From a virus (taxonomy: Duplodnaviria > Heunggongvirae > Uroviricota > Caudoviricetes): a stretch of DNA of 64,000 bases. This document shows, in pieces, positions 60,365-64,000 of the stretch. The notes under the pieces are model-generated. The model ran no database searches. It was not told the DNA's origin and saw only the letters and a list, made by a program, of their open reading frames with translations. How positions within the stretch are numbered: the first letter of the stretch is position 1; each line of letters starts with the position of its first letter. The stretch lies in IMG/VR virus record IMGVR_UViG_3300029911_000006. One strand, given 5' to 3'. Made by a program: the position numbers and the translations under genes.

Positions 60365-61347
60365 TTTGCCAATGACTCCCGCAAATCCTTCAGGAACTGG
60401 TTCTGCTGAGCAAGCTGCTTCGCGGACTGAGCCAACTTCTCAGTGTGATACTTCACGTCTTCGTTGGCACTCTTCAGGGCCGCACGGTAGATGGAGAGAG
60501 GAGTGCAACGCTGTGACTCCTTCATCCACTTCTTATTGTCGGTGTCCCAGTGTTCCATCATGGCGTCAGCGACCAGCTTGGTTACAGCCTTGCGGTCGCA
60601 CTCAGGTTGCAGCGGTGAAGCTTCCTCAGCCGCTACGACATCTGCACGTAGTTGGAAGTAAGCTTCGTTCAGTTTGTCCAGAGACCAGTTTCCCGCACGG
60701 ATGTCAAGCAGCACATCCACGTTCGGACGCGGGAAGGTCATGCTCCCAGTCTTCAGGAACTCAAGGCACTCGTCCAGAGAGCGGACAAGGTGCATCCCGG
60801 CCTTGGAGTCATAGCCGTGCTCGTTGATGAGTTCGTCACGCTGCCCGTGCTTGCCCGAACCCGACAGGCCGTTGATGCGTTCGTACTGGGACTTCGCCAG
60901 ACCAAGGAAGGCCGACGCATGACCGGACGCGAGGAACAGATGCTTGTTGGGCAGGATGTACTTGTCCCATACACTGGGATGGGTCACGAAGCTGTCCTTG
61001 ATGGCGTCAGGCACGAAGAGGTAGCTGAGGATGGTTGGGTTGCCCTTGAGGGCGAGACCTGCCCAACGCCGAAGGCTGTACACCTTCAGGTCAACATCGC
61101 CTACCTTGTTCTTCTGGCTGTCAGGAGACGTGGTGATGGTAACGTGCCCGTCCTTCTTTGGGTCTTCGTTGCCGATGGTGAGTTCCTGTGCTGGGGTTCC
61201 GATGAAGACACCGGCCACGTCAAGGTCAGACTTACCCTCGATACGTGCCCCATGCTGGTACGAGCCTGACGCGAACGCCATGATGATGCGGTTCAGCCTC
61301 AGCTTTTCGCTGTTCAGTACATGACCGACTAGCTCACCGTTAAACAT
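60361..61347 (-). CDS. Pol-beta-superfamily nucleotidyltransferase-fold protein (GS-x9-G-x-SDLD)
   Basis: AFASGSYQHGARIEGKSDLDVAGVF is a minimal-NTase signature (OAS, CD-NTase and MNT families share it). GAAAGG Shine-Dalgarno. Confidence 0.45.
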   Translation of the reverse strand: MFNGELVGHVLNSEKLRLNRIIMAFASGSYQHGARIEGKSDLDVAGVFIGTPAQELTIGNEDPKKDGHVTITTSPDSQKNKVGDVDLKVYSLRRWAGLALKGNPTILSYLFVPDAIKDSFVTHPSVWDKYILPNKHLFLASGHASAFLGLAKSQYERINGLSGSGKHGQRDELINEHGYDSKAGMHLVRSLDECLEFLKTGSMTFPRPNVDVLLDIRAGNWSLDKLNEAYFQLRADVVAAEEASPLQPECDRKAVTKLVADAMMEHWDTDNKKWMKESQRCTPLSIYRAALKSANEDVKYHTEKLAQSAKQLAQQNQFLKDLRESLAK

Positions 61348-61537
61348 GTCGAACCTTTCTATCCATTGCCGCGTCGATGGCAGCTTGTGGTGACCCCAGC
61401 GGGTGACCCGAGATAGACTTCCTCCGCTTTACTACGTTCCACCAGATTGTGTACCCATCGGAAGTACGCTCCCGGTGTGTAATCAAGTGAGCTTCACGAG
61501 TCTCCAGCCATTCAAAACGGTCAGCGTCAGTTCTCAT
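61340..61537 (-). CDS. small protein (65 aa)
   Basis: AGGTGA Shine-Dalgarno. Confidence 0.45.
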   Translation of the reverse strand: MRTDADRFEWLETREAHLITHRERTSDGYTIWWNVVKRRKSISGHPLGSPQAAIDAAMDRKVRHV

Positions 61538-61553
61538 AAGTTCACCTAGTGTA

Positions 61554-61865
61554 TCACGATATCCGTCTTACAGTCATCTCATTTTTGATAGCTTCGACAA
61601 CTCTCCATAAGTACGGGCGGCTGTTCTTCTTCATGTAGATGGAGTTACCCAACTTGTTGACAAGGTAGTCTATCCCCGCCTTGGCGAAGAACGTCTGAAT
61701 GGTGTCTTCCGGCATCGCCCAAAACGAGTATGACCACGCTGCATCTCCCGCAACAATGGTGACCTTACCTTGCCCCTGCTTATAGTTCTGCCAGAACACC
61801 GTGATGGGGTCAAGGCTCGAAGTGGGAGTAGAACTCGCAGGTACTTCCAACATACTCAAGTCCAT
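61554..61865 (-). CDS. hypothetical protein (104 aa from MDLSM)
   Basis: Track ORF trimmed to the coupled start. Confidence 0.45.
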   Translation of the reverse strand: MDLSMLEVPASSTPTSSLDPITVFWQNYKQGQGKVTIVAGDAAWSYSFWAMPEDTIQTFFAKAGIDYLVNKLGNSIYMKKNSRPYLWRVVEAIKNEMTVRRIS

Positions 61866-61867
61866 GT

Positions 61868-62899
61868 TCACAGGAAGATGTTGTTCCCTTCTTGGTGGCA
61901 AACGAAGTCGGCGTCAAGCATCGACATCCACTTCTCCTTGGTGGCCTTGAAGTTGGCGAACGTAGTTGCATTGTCCGCACACCACTCGCACAGAGCGTCG
62001 AGAGTCTCGAACACTGGGCTAACCGGGCATCCTTCTCCCGTGTTGCTCCAAAGCTGGAAGCCGGGGCCAGTCGGAGGTTCCTGTTCCTTCCAGCGGTCGG
62101 CCTTCTTCTTGTGCTCCGGGGTGAGCCATACAGAACCATGCCCCTTGCAATGAGCACACTTGGTGGTGCCCAGCTTGAGCCGCTTCACCTTCGCCTTGAC
62201 GCACACCCACATGTTGATGCCGTCGTGCCCGAAGCTTCCGATAGACCAGTCATTCACTTCCTGTGCGGTGGGCTTGTGACCGTTGTTGAAGTGTTTCCAC
62301 TGGGCCTTGTACTTACCGTCCTGCTGCATCTTTTCCCGCTCGGTATTGTTCCAAGCTTCGATGGCCTCGTACTCAGCCTTCTGCTCTTCATTGAGAGGAC
62401 GGCGAGTGAAGTCCGACAGACGGTCTCCCTTGATGAGAGCATCCACGTCAGCCTGATTCAGGTGGTGGCTCCACTGCTCGTTCCACATGTTGCTGAGACG
62501 ACGGGCCTCCCGCTGTATACCTAGCTCCAAATAGGGATGGTCTGCAAGATATGCTTCCGTCTCACCCCGCTTGTACATCTCCCAGTACAGGTTGATGCCT
62601 TGGTCGAAACCATGGTCTCCGATGAAGTCTCCCTGAATCTCGTTCTTGACGGCGAATGCACGCACAGCCGGGTGGTCGATGGTGAGCGGAGTCGAACCGT
62701 TGTCTTCCGGGCGGAAGGGGTTCTTCTCATCCTTCCCATACCATTGGTCGGAGAACCTCTTGGATGCAGCGGACTCGCCGGAGCCCTCACAGAAAGGACA
62801 ATTCTTGCAGAACTGGTAGAAGGGATTCAGGAACCCCTCGTACGTCTTGTTCATCGGCCAGTCAAAGTCCATCGCTACTCGCTTCAGTTCACGCCCCAT
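61868..62899 (-). CDS. hypothetical Cys/His-rich protein (343 aa)
   Basis: Track ORF. Confidence 0.5.
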   Translation of the reverse strand: MGRELKRVAMDFDWPMNKTYEGFLNPFYQFCKNCPFCEGSGESAASKRFSDQWYGKDEKNPFRPEDNGSTPLTIDHPAVRAFAVKNEIQGDFIGDHGFDQGINLYWEMYKRGETEAYLADHPYLELGIQREARRLSNMWNEQWSHHLNQADVDALIKGDRLSDFTRRPLNEEQKAEYEAIEAWNNTEREKMQQDGKYKAQWKHFNNGHKPTAQEVNDWSIGSFGHDGINMWVCVKAKVKRLKLGTTKCAHCKGHGSVWLTPEHKKKADRWKEQEPPTGPGFQLWSNTGEGCPVSPVFETLDALCEWCADNATTFANFKATKEKWMSMLDADFVCHQEGNNIFL

Positions 62900-63542
62900 G
62901 GGGAATCTCCAGTGATGTCTCTTCAGTTGTGGTGGTCTCGGTCAACAGACGCACGCCTTCAAGTGCGATGCCCCTGCTGGTGAGATAATTCTTGGCACGA
63001 GTGAGTACGAACTTCAGGGTCTCTTCACTGAAGGGCTCACTCAGGTGGATACCGACAGAGTAGCAAGCTCCAAACCAGCTAGGCGTGTTCGTGGCGATGT
63101 CGCGGTACTTCTGTTCCTCACGCTCAAGGCCCTCAGGTGTCCAGCTATAAAGACCTTTGGCGGTGTACTCACGAGCCTTCTCCAGATGTGGTAGCTGATA
63201 GTCACGCTGGCACTGGCGGTACTCTTCAATCTGCTCAGGAGTGGGAGGAACATCCATCGACTGCCGATACGCCCGACCCATGCCGTTGTTCACCCAACCC
63301 GGCGTGTACTGAATGGAGCACGGGCGGAAGCATCCGTGTTCGTCCTCCGTCTGCGTAACTTTGTTATCAATTTCATCAAGGATACTGTCAGAAACACCAT
63401 CGGTCTCCGCGAAGAACTTGGTTGCCTCTTCCTGACCAACCTCACACTCCCCCACCACTCCCGTGGCGTACGCGGTCACGTCACGCTCGAAGTTTCCGGC
63501 GTAGTGGTCGGTGTCCAGACAGAGAATGTAAGACTTATCCAT
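62889..63542 (-). CDS. hypothetical protein (217 aa)
   Basis: Track ORF. Confidence 0.5.
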   Translation of the reverse strand: MDKSYILCLDTDHYAGNFERDVTAYATGVVGECEVGQEEATKFFAETDGVSDSILDEIDNKVTQTEDEHGCFRPCSIQYTPGWVNNGMGRAYRQSMDVPPTPEQIEEYRQCQRDYQLPHLEKAREYTAKGLYSWTPEGLEREEQKYRDIATNTPSWFGACYSVGIHLSEPFSEETLKFVLTRAKNYLTSRGIALEGVRLLTETTTTEETSLEIPHGA

Positions 63543-63544
63543 CG

Positions 63545-63847
63545 CTACCCCACAGATACAGTGACTTTGGTGTTGACAGTGAGCGGCGTGACATGCACGA
63601 CGCGGAATTCCTTGCTGTAGAACGACTGGTCACGAACCTCGTGCTCAACCGCCTCATCGAACTCGGCCTTGTCGGTGTATGCTTCGTACGAAACGAAGTC
63701 CTCGGTGTGAGCCGGATAGCCATGACCCGGAGCCCACTCACCTTCAGCGGGGACACTGACACCCGAACTACGAAGGATGACCCAGTGCTCCACCTTGGGG
63801 ACTTGTGAAGCCTTGCTGACGTACACAACACTCTTATGCCTTAACAT
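63545..63847 (-). CDS. hypothetical protein (100 aa)
   Basis: GGAGAG Shine-Dalgarno. Confidence 0.5.
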   Translation of the reverse strand: MLRHKSVVYVSKASQVPKVEHWVILRSSGVSVPAEGEWAPGHGYPAHTEDFVSYEAYTDKAEFDEAVEHEVRDQSFYSKEFRVVHVTPLTVNTKVTVSVG

Positions 63848-64000
63848 AGCTCTCCTCTGGAATGATTCTCTTGCATCCGCATGGGTGGCTCCAAGCTGGC
63901 GATGAACTCATCCACACGCTTGCACCAATCACAGCGGAAACGGTTCTCAGGGTCGGGAACTTCCGATGGGTGGGTGCAGACGACCGGGTGGTTCTTGTTC
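63841..64000 (-). CDS. hypothetical protein, 5'-truncated at the window edge (Cys-containing)
   Basis: Open frame to the window end. ATGTTAA overlap with the next gene. Confidence 0.4.
   Translation of the reverse strand, partial: NKNHPVVCTHPSEVPDPENRFRCDWCKRVDEFIASLEPPMRMQENHSRGELC

Noticed and set aside
1-64000. CRISPR array, integrase/att sites, IS elements, rRNA
   Set aside because: No regularly spaced direct repeats. No tyrosine/serine recombinase or transposase motifs. No rRNA-like segments.

Overview
This 64-kb window looks like the early/accessory-gene region of a large tailed dsDNA phage; GC content is about 55% by eye. Nearly all genes lie on the minus strand in long, tightly coupled operons, with frequent TAATG or ATGA stop/start overlaps. 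No capsid, tail or terminase genes were recognised. At least 16 copies of a conserved intergenic sigma70-like promoter are present. Its consensus is an A/T-rich CCAAAAT upstream element, a -35-like TGTTCAGAAC box, a 16-17 nt spacer and CCGGTATACT. In roughly half the copies the start codon sits 6-7 nt after the -10 box, which implies leaderless mRNAs. Strongly supported proteins: CCA-adding tRNA nucleotidyltransferase; a WGR-domain poly(ADP-ribose) polymerase (PARP) homolog with an intact H-G-T/Y/E motif set; a macro/PARG-like GGG-motif protein; RNA 2'-phosphotransferase Tpt1/KptA; an HNH-RNA-ligase-like fusion; a PTH2-like protein; methionine aminopeptidase; a bacterial-type Ku; a small ATP-dependent ligase; rIIA-like (GHKL ATPase fold) and rIIB-like proteins; HAD 5'-nucleotidase-like and HD-like hydrolases; several HNH endonucleases. 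An 861-aa full-length homolog of the eukaryotic major vault protein (MVP) is also encoded. A tRNA cluster at 49.3-58.4 kb contains about 20 tRNA or tRNA-like genes interleaved with small ORFs and two HNH homing endonucleases. Several of these tRNAs combine a long class-II variable arm with Arg, Lys or Asn anticodons. The most striking observation is the co-occurrence of MVP with a PARP, which echoes the MVP-vPARP pairing of eukaryotic vault particles. Coordinates of small genes and promoter motifs were derived by hand and may be off by a few nucleotides.
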